A program made the translations under genes and the position numbers. DNA of 63,995 bases, filler included, from Octopus bimaculoides (taxonomy: Eukaryota), in NCBI RefSeq assembly GCF_001194135.2. It is 6 parts of 5 records of this genome, joined end to end, with 100 filler letters (N's around TTAATTAATTAA, not from the genome) between each part and the next. Parts side by side here need not be neighbours in the genome. Positions count along the whole stretch, not along the records: positions 9,563 to 29,122 come from NC_068988.1; 5 more parts are not named here. One strand, given 5' to 3'. Within the stretch, counting starts at the first letter, position 1. The number at the start of each line of letters is the position of its first letter. Shown here in pieces: positions 12,531 to 24,430 of this stretch. The notes beneath the pieces are model-generated. The model saw nothing but the letters and a program-made list of their open reading frames with translations, searched no databases and had not been told where the DNA came from.

Positions 12531-13778
12531 ACTATTGAATATTAAGATAAATGTATAATGAAGGTATCTTGTAAAATGCATTATGATATGCATAAAATGT
12601 GTAATCTATGAACTGTAGTATAAATACATATATTCTTTAATTAGCTTGGCTTCATAGCATTTGAACCCAGTGCTGAAACTTTATAAAGTGCTCATCCAGT
12701 ATGTAATGCTTCAACTACTCACATCAGTGAAATGTAATGATATATTACATTGTGTTTCCCAGTTAATACAAAAATAACTGCGCTCTCAAAATTTTAGTGT
12801 CTTTCTCATAGACATAATACAGAGCTAGCAGCATAACATGACCAGTTATCCACGGATCCTAGTCACTCAGTCAGTGACAATTTTTAAAAAATTAATCAAT
12901 AAAAGTGTACCTGGGTAAGAAAACATTTATCTACAAGGACAGGGAAAATGTTTCCCACCGCCTTATTCGTCCTATTGTTTCCAGGATCCTAAGCATATAT
13001 TCTCAATAATTTCTAACGTGGACAGTGGAGTGGCAGAAACGGTGAGATACTGAACTAAATATCTTATGGAATTCAGTTATATCACTTTATAAACTGAGTT
13101 CAAAACCAACCGATGACGACTTTGCTTGTTATCCCTCTCAGGGTTCATTAAAAGGATTATCAGTCAAGCAATAGAATCGATTAAACACTCTTCCAAAATT
13201 TGTATCAGAGTTGAAAATCGATTCTTGAATTATATTCTATTGCTTATGACATTTCAGGTAAACATTGAGGGTGCTGGCTATACTCCGTCTCGGAATGCAG
13301 GAGTCGATGTCTCGTGAAATGATTTGTATATTAATATGGTTGTACATTTACGATTGTACATTTATAATTATATAGCAGGAGGCCTATGTGGAGTGTTGTA
13401 TGATTATTAGGTCCGGAATTAAAGAGGATAGTTTCTCTAATCTTACGCCTAGTCATATCTAATATAAACATAAAATTGAGCTTTGAGTTCATATCCTCTA
13501 TTTCACACTCGACCAGAATTAACATCACCATCGATTAAGAACAACAATAGATTAGCAGGTTCGATTAGCAAGCCTAAAAGTTATAATAATGGTTTTAATA
13601 AAATCCTCTCTCTTTCTCTCTCCCTCTCTCCCTCTCTCTCAAAACATACACACAAAGCACATACGCACACATGTATGAGTGTGTGTAGTGTGTGTAAGTA
13701 TACGTATACATATACTTACATGTATGTACGTATACATGCATACGTATATATAGATAAATATATACGTGTGTATGTATG

Positions 13779-13823
<45 letters not shown>

Positions 13824-15495
13824 AGAGAGAGAGAGGGGGGAGAGAGATCCAACAGTTGAATTAGAGAGTTGGTTTAAGTCCTTTATTATAACATCATAAA
13901 TCACATAGTCTTAACGCGTGTTTCACTATCGAATGCTTGTATGTTATGCAGTAATCATTTCGTGGACGATTGCATTATAACATTGAAATGACAGAAAAAA
14001 ATCCCAATTCTATCCATTATTATTTGCTAACATCAGATGCTACTGCAGTAAATGAATAATCCTGCGACAAACTGGCTTCCCGTTGAGATGATATATGATT
14101 TCGATCGCTTATATGCCATAAAAACTGGGTAACCTTATAAGTACAAAGATTCGACACAGTACTCACACGCATACACACTCACTTACATTAATCGTTAAAA
14201 AAATTTCAGGTATAGGTATCATTATATAGTGAGGATGAAGTAATTTTAAAGCTCTGTTTATATTCTTATAGTAGAGATATATCTTACTAACTATGTTATA
14301 TGCAATAAACCTCGAGTCAACCGAAAGATTGTACTCCACTATAGTTTATTATTTTACTAAGGCAGAATTGTATTATGTAAATGACTTTAAAATTTTATGC
14401 TTGCACGAGAAAAAGCATTCCTGTTTTAGATTAAGTAATTCATTGTTACCTAATAAAATATGAAACGTTTCATTAGAGCAAAATCTGCATTCTTTCTCGT
14501 TTCCAGTGTAAGAAGTGTAGTTCGTATTTTGTAGTTTTTATTTTGTTAAGATTAAATATGCCCTTAACTAATCGATTAAGTTTATATTCCTAAGGCTGTG
14601 TATATGTAACTTGTTATGGCATGTAAAGGATCTAGTCCCATATAATACTTGGTATTCGTTTGATGTAGTGACACTACATGTGTAGATAACATTGTGAACT
14701 AACCAGTTACCCCAACGATACAAATGAAAGTCGTTCTAGACACAATTTAAGACATTATTTTGTTAAACTGACTTGCGTCCGTGTGAGTCTGGACCTTCAA
14801 GCTAACTTTTGTTTTTATTATATTAAAAGTATTATTTTCACTGCTTATGTAAAGAGTTTGAATTCAAGTATTTTAGGATAAGAATTATTAGGTTGCTTTC
14901 TTTCATTATTTTGTTAACTAGGTTTACAGAATTATCATCTTTGTATTATGTTCCATAACTTCGTTATAATTCATTTGATAACCACTGAGAAGGATGATAG
15001 TACTTGAGTTGTGGGTGTGTGATATGATCTCTGTGTAACTGTTTTCATTATTCTGAATCTCACCGAGATTAGGGTTATCCAGATAAGTAGGATGAACGAG
15101 AGTGTTCCTGTTATTTTGTTTTCGAGTGCACTATAATATCCGAAAGATCTGATGTTTTAGACATAAAGAATTTAACGATACGATGATACTTGTAGTTACA
15201 AGGAAAGTTTTAGTTTGCTTAGAAACAAATTACATTACTCTTTTTCTTTTTAATATTTCGACTTTTTTCCTTGTGCGATAGTTCTTTTATAGGAGCAATA
15301 TCTTTATGGATGGAAAATTAAAATATTGGGTCCACGCATCGCTGTACAAAGTGAAATCGGGTAAAACGAGTGAGATATCATTATTGATATTAATAAAAAC
15401 ACTCAAAATTTAAACAATTATTTATTGAAATAGAATACGATACTTGTGTATGCATGTACAGACAATCAGTCAAACAAACAGACAGGCAGTTACAA

Positions 15496-15519
15496 AAACA
15501 GACAGACAGACAGACAGAC

Positions 15520-15590
<71 letters not shown>
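15496..15590 (+). repeat. (GACA)n(GATA)n microsatellite
   Basis: Read directly from the sequence. Confidence 0.95.
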
Positions 15591-15737
15591 CAGGTTTTTA
15601 TGTTACAGTTCATCTCGCGTCGTAAACCACGAGTGGCAAGAAAAGAGACTTCAGAATTAAGTGTAAATAAGTGTGTGCACGTATGGAGGCAGGTGTGGAT
15701 ATTACATACGTATGCACACCCGTATAACCCGTATACA

Positions 15738-15769
<32 letters not shown>

Positions 15770-16611
15770 NNNNNNNNNNNNNNNNNNNNNNNNNNNNNNN
15801 NNNNNNNNNNNNNNNNNNNNNNNNNNNNNNNNNNNNNNNNNNNNNNNNNNNNNNNNNNNNNNNNNNNNNNNNNNNNNNNNNNNNNNNNNNNNNNNNNNNN
15901 NNNNNNNNNNNNNNNNNNNNNNNNNNNNNNNNNNNNNNNNNNNNNNNNNNNNNNNNNNNNNNNNNNNNNNNNNNNNNNNNNNNNNNNNNNNNNNNNNNNN
16001 NNNNNNNNNNNNNNNNNNNNNNNNNNNNNNNNNNNNNNNNNNNNNNNNNNNNNNNNNNNNNNNNNNNNNNNNNNNNNNNNNNNNNNNNNNNNNNNNNNNN
16101 NNNNNNNNNNNNNNNNNNNNNNNNNNNNNNNNNNNNNNNNNNNNNNNNNNNNNNNNNNNNNNNNNNNNNNNNNNNNNNNNNNNNNNNNNNNNNNNNNNNN
16201 NNNNNNNNNNNNNNNNNNNNNNNNNNNNNNNNNNNNNNNNNNNNNNNNNNNNNNNNNNNNNNNNNNNNNNNNNNNNNNNNNNNNNNNNNNNNNNNNNNNN
16301 NNNNNNNNNNNNNNNNNNNNNNNNNNNNNNNNNNNNNNNNNNNNNNNNNNNNNNNNNNNNNNNNNNNNNNNNNNNNNNNNNNNNNNNNNNNNNNNNNNNN
16401 NNNNNNNNNNNNNNNNNNNNNNNNNNNNNNNNNNNNNNNNNNNNNNNNNNNNNNNNNNNNNNNNNNNNNNNNNNNNNNNNNNNNNNNNNNNNNNNNNNNN
16501 NNNNNNNNNNNNNNNNNNNNNNNNNNNNNNNNNNNNNNNNNNNNNNNNNNATATATATATATATATATATGTATGTACATATTTATATCTTTGTATATAT
16601 ATAGAATTCTA

Positions 16612-16936
16612 AACCTTAGAATCTCTGAGGCCATCCTCATGCCCAAAGAAAAACAAATATCAACAACAGAAGAGTTACAAGAAGCTAACTGGTTGCTCTA
16701 GCAACACCTTTCCGTACATGTCCACTCCAAACGCGCTCTCACACACGCACATCGGCAACATTCGTCAATTTCTTGAAAATGGGGTCATAACCCCAAAATA
16801 TTGAATGCAAGGTAAGTCTACATTTATTCATATATTTGTTTTCTTGGGATTTACCTTGCATTTACTTCGCATTGTTCTGGTCTTACCACAATCCTTTATG
16901 CAATATATTCTACACAATGGTTCATAGTAATTATTC
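16612..16936 (+). mobile_element. Solo 3' end (pseudo-LTR) of the Penelope-like element, embedded in (TA)n
   Basis: Collinear with 20789-21085, starting at the LRISEAIL end of GIY-YIG. It ends at AGTAATTATTC, as does the inverted copy at 19434. Confidence 0.9.
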
Positions 16937-16967
16937 CATATATATAAGGATATATATACATATATCC

Positions 16968-16999
<32 letters not shown>

Positions 17000-17010
17000 G
17001 TGTGTGTATA

Positions 17011-17053
<43 letters not shown>

Positions 17054-17497
17054 NNNNNNNNNNNNNNNNNNNNNNNNNNNNNNNNNNNNNNNNNNNNNNN
17101 NNNNNNNNNNNNNNNNNNNNNNNNNNNNNNNNNNNNNNNNNNNNNNNNNNNNNNNNNNNNNNNNNNNNNNNNNNNNNNNNNNNNNNNNNNNNNNNNNNNN
17201 NNNNNNNNNNNNNNNNNNNNNNNNNNNNNNNNNNNNNNNNNNNNNNNNNNNNNNNNNNNNNNNNNNNNNNNNNNNNNNNNNNNNNNNNNNNNNNNNNNNN
17301 NNNNNNNNNNNNNNNNNNNNNNNNNNNNNNNNNNNNNNNNNNNNNNNNNNNNNNNNNNNNNNNNNNNNNNNNNNNNNNNNNNNNNNNNNNNNNNNNNNNN
17401 NNNNNNNNNNNNNNNNNNNNNNNNNNNNNNNNNNNNNNNNNNNNNNNNNNNNNNNNNNNNNNNNNNNNNNNNNNNNNNNNNATATATATATACATAT

Positions 17498-17832
17498 TCT
17501 CAGGCCGACCAAAGCCTTGTGAGTGGACTTCGTACACGGAAGCTGAAAGAAGGTTGTCGTATATATGTGTATATTTGTGTGTGTATGTGTGTGTATGTGT
17601 TTGTCTGTGTCTGTGTGTCTGTCTGTGTGTCTGTCTATGTCTGTGTTTGTACCCCCACCATTGCTTGACAACCGATGTTTCTATGTTTACGTTCCCATAA
17701 CTTAGTGGTTCGGCGTAAAGACATTGATAGAATAAGTTCTAAGCTTGCAAAGAATAAATTTTTTGGTCAATTTGTTCGACCAACGGCGGTGCTCCAGCAT
17801 GGCCGCAGTCACATGACTGAAACCAGTACAAT
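17498..17832 (+). mobile_element. SINE family B (CORE-like), 3' part
   Basis: GGCCGACCAAAGCCTTGTGAGTGG, internal (TG)n, GACAACCGATG and GGCGGTGCTCCAGCATGGCCGCAGTC, all shared with 36330-36535 and 44200-44336. Confidence 0.85.
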
Positions 17833-17889
17833 AATAAAAAAAAAACTATGCCATTTTAATCCCGAGCAAAGCGGGATATCTCTGCCAGT

Positions 17890-19121
17890 ATCTATTTTTT
17901 GTGATTGTCAAATAAACTTTCATTTCGAACTTTTACTTGACGTTTGACCGTATTTACTCACTAAAACCAGCTTCATTATTTTCCAATATTATTTGAAATA
18001 AGCGTTCGTCAATTAATGCGAATAAAATATTAAGAACAAATAAAAAAGCTTAGATTATGATATATAGCTGAGTTTGGAAAAAGTTTATCTCTATGATTGT
18101 TATAAACAGCATGACAAACCAAACAGAAATGCAATTGACTGCAAGCCAGACGCGGTGATATGTCACCGTAGAAAGCTTTGAAACAACTGTAGTTTTAATA
18201 TAGCCTCTGTTATTTATAAAAACTACAGATTCACCGCACTGTTTCTTTGAGAGTACATTTCGTGACTGCTTGAGCTGCAATAAATAGCAGTCAATTTTCA
18301 ATCAAATTACACAGTATTCTCATGAAAAGAGAATATATATGAAATGATGCAATCCTCTACCTGAAAAAAGCCAATTGGTCATAACTAGAATGCTTTTATC
18401 CAAATATCTGCTTGATGAAGGCTACCCTGTGTTAAACAAGAACGAAATTACCCACAGGAATCACTCGAATATAAACCATCCACACCTTTCTCACTTTTAA
18501 CTATATCATAGTCTTGTGTCTGTTTCTTATATTTACAAATTGACCCACTCTTTTTACTTCTATCTCTTTTGGTCGTTTCTTGACTTCTCTTTCGTCATCA
18601 AATCCTTATTTTTCTATTTAGTCTCCGCCAAACTGTGTCAGTTGCTTAAAATACTATAGATACATTCAGTTCTGGTTCAATTATATACTTTTAATTAGCG
18701 GTTTTTATGAATCAGGACTAATAAATTTGTCTCTTGCAGCAGACAAACCTATTTTATTTCTTCCATTCCTTCTGTCTTCCTCAGTTTCATTTTCCCTTCT
18801 TACTTTCATTCTTTCTTCCTTTTTACACAACTTGTGTTAGATATTTACGACGTATCATTGATTATTGTGACAACTGGATATTTAAAATATGGCATTTGGT
18901 GATTTGGACCGCTCATGCTGTTTATAACAATCATAGAGATAAACTTTTTCCAAACTGAGTTATATATCATAATCTAAGCTTCTTTATTTGTTCTTAATAT
19001 TTTATTCGCATTAATTGACGAATGCATATTTTAAATAATGTTGGTTTTAGTGAGTAAATACGGACAAACGTCAAGTAAAAGTTTGAAATGAAAGTTTATT
19101 TGACAATCACAAAAATTAGAT
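17890..19121. mobile_element. Non-autonomous DNA element with about 220-bp terminal inverted repeats
   Basis: 17890-18113 is the reverse complement of 18913-19121 (e.g. GCGAATAAAATATTAAGAACAAATAAA and GGAAAAAGTTTATCTCTATGATTGTTATAAACAGCATGA). No transposase is evident inside. Confidence 0.8.
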
Positions 19122-19420
19122 TTCTAAATAGATTTCTAAACTCCAGTTTCGTTTAAATGGAATATACGACACTATACTATACTCTCTCTCTCTTTCTCTC
19201 CTTCTCTCCCTCCATCTCTTTCTCTCTCTTTCTCCATCTCTATCCCTTGCTTCTTTCTCTCACTCTCTTTCCTTATGTATGTATAATATGGTTATATCTA
19301 TATATGTATGCATATTTGTATAAAAATATGTACGTATTCATATATGTATACAAATATATGAGCATTCATATATATATATATATAAATATATGTATATATA
19401 TATATATATANNNNNNNNNN

Positions 19421-19433
19421 GCTCTTCCGATCT
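19421..19433 (+). other. Illumina adapter remnant GCTCTTCCGATCT at a contig edge
   Basis: Exact 13-mer (reverse complement AGATCGGAAGAGC) immediately after a 10-N gap. Confidence 0.9.
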
Positions 19434-21090
19434 GAATAATTACTATGAAGCATTGTGTAGAATATATTGTATAAAGATAGTGGGTAAGGCCAAAGCAATT
19501 CGAAGTAAATGCAAGGTAAATCACAAGAAAGCAAATATGTGGGTTAATGTAGACTTACCTTGCATTCAATATTTCGGGGTTATGACACCATTTTCAAGAA
19601 ATTGACGAATGTTGCCGATGTGCGTGTGTATGAGCGTGTGTGGAGTGGACATGCGCAGAAGGGCAAGATGGGGAGGAGGAGGTTGCAGGGGATGGAGGCC
19701 TCCTCTCCATCTCCTTCATCTTCTCCTACATCCCTATCCATCAACGTTCAGCTCTTCGGCCTTACACCCTCGGATATACGAGAATTACTAACCATCATAG
19801 TTGGTAGCACCAACTTTCAATATAACCGTGTGATTTACAAACAGACTTCCGGCCTACCTATGGTGTCTAGCCTTTCAGGTCTGCTGGCCATCGCGTACAT
19901 GGATAAGTTAGAACGCACAGCACTCAACACCTGCCTCTCATGCATCTTCTTCTCCAGTTACGTTGATAACATCCTTTTCATCACGTCCTCCAGGGACGAA
20001 GCCATTAACATATACCGGACCTTCAATAACACCGACATAAGCATCAAATTCGAGATTGACCATCCAGACGAATCCGGAAGCCTCTCTCTACTCGACTTCC
20101 AACTCAAGATCACAGATGAAGGCTCCATATTTACCAAATTCTATAGAAAAGCCGCTAATAGAAAACTTTTCGTCCACTACCAATCAGTCTTGCCCACCAG
20201 AGCCAAAGTCGTACACGTGAGAAACGAGATTGCATGTATAAACAACAATTGCAGCAACGTGACCGACAAAGCCGTCAACACCAAACAGTTCCTCAGAGAC
20301 CTAACCCTGAATGGCTACCCACCATCTTTAGCTAAACAACGGCGCCTGAAGAACATCAAGGTCAATAAACTCCGGAAAAACCATCATACTCCCAGGTCCG
20401 GTACGTGCTTCCTAAAGCTACCACACTTTGGTGACAGAACTACTGCAACGAAACAACATGCAGTCCGCAGGGAAGGACTCAACATACAGATAGTGCACAC
20501 CGGCCCTTCCCTGAGAAAAGCTCTGTCCAAGAACAACACCTTTCACTACTCTGAGGAGTACATATTGTCGAGATGCTCCACCAATGACCCTGAATTGTGC
20601 CAGAGGACCTATGTCGTATATGAGATCATCTGTGGAAAATGTGGCGCATCGAAAGCACCACAAGAAAACTGCATGTACGCATTAAGGAACATATGCAGGC
20701 AAACCCTTCCGTGAAGAAACAGCTACGGAAATGCCAGACCCGGGAATTCACAGTGCACATTAAGGCAACACAGTGGAACAGTGGCAACCTTAGAATCTCT
20801 GAGGCCATCCTTATACACCAAAGAAACCCAAGATCAACAATAGAAGGGAGTTACAGGAAGCTAGCTGGTTGCTATAGCAACATCCTTCTGCGCATGTCCA
20901 CTCCACACACGCTCACACACACGCACATCGGCAACGTTCGTCAATTTCTTGAAAATGGTGTCATAACCCCGAAATATTGAATACAAGGTAAGTCTACATT
21001 AATTTACATATTTGTTTTCTTGTTATTTACCTTGCATTTACTTCGCATTGTTTTGGCCTTACACGCGATCTTTTATAAATATATAAATAT
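19434..21090 (+). mobile_element. 5'-truncated Penelope-like element (PLE) with an inverted copy of its 3' end at the 5' side
   Basis: RT and GIY-YIG remnants at 19735-20900. 19434-19662 is the reverse complement of 20884-21085 plus the terminus. Both sides are flanked by (TA)n. Confidence 0.9.
19735..20900 (+). pseudogene. PLE reverse transcriptase plus GIY-YIG endonuclease, frameshifted
   Basis: RT motifs YKQTSGLPMVSSLSGLLAIAYMD, YVDN (YxDD mutated), LSLLDF and FYRK. GIY-YIG motifs VVYEIICGKCG, then after a frameshift STTRKLHVRIKEH and RISEAILI. Confidence 0.92.
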
Positions 21091-21515
21091 ATATANNNNN
21101 NNNNNNNNNNNNNNNNNNNNNNNNNNNNNNNNNNNNNNNNNNNNNNNNNNNNNNNNNNNNNNNNNNNNNNNNNNNNNNNNNNNNNNNNNNNNNNNNNNNN
21201 NNNNNNNNNNNNNNNNNNNNNNNNNNNNNNNNNNNNNNNNNNNNNNNNNNNNNNNNNNNNNNNNNNNNNNNNNNNNNNNNNNNNNNNNNNNNNNNNNNNN
21301 NNNNNNNNNNNNNNNNNNNNNNNNNNNNNNNNNNNNNNNNNNNNNNNNNNNNNNNNNNNNNNNNNNNNNNNNNNNNNNNNNNNNNNNNNNNNNNNNNNNN
21401 NNNNNNNNNNNNNNNNNNNNNNNNNNNNNNNNNNNNNNNNNNNNNNNNNNNNNNNNNNNNNNNNNNNNNNNNNNNNNNNNNNNNNNNNNNNNNNNNNNNN
21501 NNNNNNNNNNNNNNN

Positions 21516-22883
21516 GACAGACATTGTCTGTCAAACTGTGCACACAAAAAGGTCATTGTCATTCACCTTCTCGACCGTAACGTTCCTCCTTAGATCTATT
21601 TTGAGTCTTACATGCGTTATCTTGGCCTCATCAAATGCTTTCACTCCACTCCCCACTTTTGTGCGCCATCCAACTCGATCCGAAGCAAGGGTTTCTATGT
21701 CTTCTGGATCCATTCCAAGTGACTTCATAGTAATTCTTATGCCGTACTTAAACACTTTTTTTTACGCCGATAGCGTTTCCCCTCTGCAAGCTCATTAAAA
21801 AGCAGCTGCTTCGGAATGCGTTCATCCTCCATTCGAACAATATGGCCACACCATCGCATTGCTTTAATCATCATCATAGCTTTAATTGAGATGATGCCTG
21901 CAGATACAAGGATATCTGTGTTTGGAGTAAAAGAACTCCATTTAATGTTTAAAATGCAATGAAGGTATTTTTGATGGAATTGTTCTATTTAAAATGCCTT
22001 TCATAATAAGTCCATGTGTCACACGAATACAACAAGGATGATAAGACAAATGATTTGTAAAGAACCAGCTTTGTATTGTTATTTCTATGTCGCTGGCACC
22101 AAACGAGTGACTCCAAGCCACCAGATGCCTTTGCTGCCCTTTGAATTCGCAGCTGTATTTCTATATTAAGATTTCCATCCATAAGTAGGTCCATTTACCT
22201 GACCCTCACCAGCGAGACGAGTTTCAGAGAGTGCAACTATATTAAAGGAATATTTCTTAAGCTCACACGCAATAAGTGCAGTATGCCTTTCTGGCCTCTT
22301 GTTGAAATTATCATCATGAAGTGTGCGCACATTCCAACAGCCAAAATTCAAAGGATGTTTATTTTTACTTTTTCTTGAAGATTGTTTGACCACAATGGCA
22401 GGATGACGACCAGGCCCAGCCTGTGATACACTGAGACACCTGCCGAGCCAGACCTGTTTCTCTAACGTTCCCAAGCCTTTTTTGCCATTTACTGAATCTG
22501 TTTGAGACATTTTAGAGTAAGTTACAAGTGCATTTTTAGGTTTCTGCCAACCAACCAATTCAATGATTATACTAAGATTTGGTGTACAGGAAGTACCTGT
22601 GCAGTTGAATAACTTTCAGTGGGTGTAGCTTGCACTGCACTACCCCCACCTACTGGCCCAAGAAGTCTTTCGCCGGTGTGACATGAAAAATGACAAAACC
22701 AAGAACTTCCAAGGCGTCAGGTTTTATTTCGGAGATTTCCTTCTCCTAGGTAGATTACCAACCAAGGTTAAAGTGCTTCTACCTACCCATGAGGTAAACT
22801 ATCCCATTTCAGACACCAAACCGACACTCAAACACTCTCTAAAGTGATCAAATATCGCTCCGGTGACCGACGCGGAGTAGCTC
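21516..22883 (-). mobile_element. RTE (BovB-like) LINE, internally deleted
   Basis: APE N-terminus FGCWNVRTL..RPERHTALIACELKKY..ALSETRLAGEG is joined at about 22195 to the RT C-terminus EIQLRIQRA..TKLVLYKSFVLSSLLYSCDTWT and LASDRVGWR. The RTE-type 5' UTR motif CTAGGAGAAGGAAATCTCCGAA..AAACC is present. Confidence 0.9.
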
Positions 22884-23142
22884 ATTCATACATAAGAAAA
22901 GAAAAGTACGATATATNNNNNNNNNNNNNNNNATATATATATATATATATATATATATATAACGTGAGAGAGTTAGGGGTTGGGGGTTCAACCCACTAAG
23001 GGATAGTATCTATCCAGTATACTGCTGGGAGGGTACCCAATTATTGCTACACTAGTGCTATCCTAGGTGCAATCAATGGGAGCGGGTAAAAGTGGAGGTT
23101 TTACCCAAAATGTGTGTAACAATTAGAAAATAGAGGATAATA

Positions 23143-23359
23143 CGAGGGTGTCCTGAAAAGTTCCTCGCTTTGGAGAAAAGAAAATACAGGAGGGTCAGTT
23201 AATTATGATTTTATTCAACATATACCCCTCTCAGATTCACACACTTATTGCAGTAGTCCTTCAATTTTTCTAAGCCCTGTAAAAGCATTCAGAAGGTTGG
23301 GCCTCCAACCAGGCCTTTCGCGACACTCTTAAAGCCAGGAACTTTTCATCATTCCTTTG
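23143..23359. mobile_element. Mariner-type MITE, 217 bp
   Basis: TA TSD at 23141-2 and 23360-1. TIRs CGAGGGTGTCCTGAAAAGTTCCT and AGGAACTTTTCATCATTCCTTTG. Confidence 0.8.
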
Positions 23360-23400
23360 TATATATGTATATTTATGTATCTATATAGATATATATATGT

Positions 23401-23712
23401 GTGAAGGTACTTGGCTTGGTGGTTAGGCTAATCAGCTCACGATCGTATAGCTGTGAGTTCAATTTCCAGCGACGTGTTATGCCCTTGAGCAAGACACTTT
23501 ATTTCACGTTTCTCTAGTCCATTCAACTAGCAAAAATGAGTTATACCTGTAATTCAAAAGGCCAGCATTGTCACATCCTATATCACGTTGAATATCTCTC
23601 AGAACTACGTGAAGTGTATGCGTATATATGGAGTACTCAGCCACTTACACGTTAATTTCACAAGAAGACTATTCCATTGAAATCCTTGTCATTGTAACCG
23701 ACTGAGTGCCAG
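23401..23712 (+). mobile_element. SINE family C (tRNA head, CORE-like middle, LINE-derived-looking tail)
   Basis: A-box TGGCTTGGTGGTTAGG, B-box GAGTTCAATTT, CCCTTGAGCAAGACACTTT. Tail shared with 49569-49864 and 60440-60630. Confidence 0.85.
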
Positions 23713-24189
23713 TTATATATGTGTGCCTGTCTTGAATCATTGCTACTATCCCTCAAAGAAACTTTACCAAATGTGTCAGAGATTCAACCCAGAAAAATGC
23801 ATCTCTGACATATTTGGTAAATATATTGCGATTCCGATTTCCCCTTACAGAAAGACATGGAGGATTCAAGAAAAGACATGTGGGATGTAAAGAAGCTGAA
23901 AGCTGTAATGTAGTAGAAGTTGAGTATGAGTGCTAGAGAAGTATAATCAGTTTGTTATGTAAATTTCTCTTTCAGTTCTTCCTTAATCGTTCTCTCTCTT
24001 TCTCTCTCTTTCTTTCTTACTCTCTCTCTCTCTTTTTTTCCCTCTCTTTCTTTCTTCCTTTCTTTCTTCACCCACCCCTCTCTTCCTCTCTCTCACACAC
24101 ATATTCACCCTGCGTAAATATCTTCTACTTTAGCCCTGTGATAACTAATGCTTTATGAATGAATTTCGTAAAAGGAAATCGTGTTGAAG

Positions 24190-24430
24190 CCCGTAGTGTG
24201 TATATATGTGTATATACGTATAAGTGTTTGTCTTTGTGTCTGACCCTCTCCACCGTCTGACAACCGGTGTTGGTTTATCTACCTTCCCGTAAATTAACGG
24301 TTCAATAAAATAGAACTTAAAATAAGTAGAAGACTGAAAATAAGTAGAAGACTGAAAATAAGTACTAAAACCCTTCAAGGCGGTGCCTCAGCATGGCCTC
24401 AGTTCAAAAACAAAACTAGGTAAAAGATAA
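24190..24430 (+). mobile_element. SINE family B 3' part with an internal 18-bp tandem repeat
   Basis: GACAACCGGTGTTGG..GGCGGTGCCTCAGCATGGCC, with AAAATAAGTAGAAGACTG repeated about 2.5 times. Confidence 0.75.

Noticed and set aside
14925-15135. About 68-codon open frame on the minus strand after a TAG acceptor-like site
   Set aside because: No start codon and no recognisable domain; a frame this long is expected by chance.
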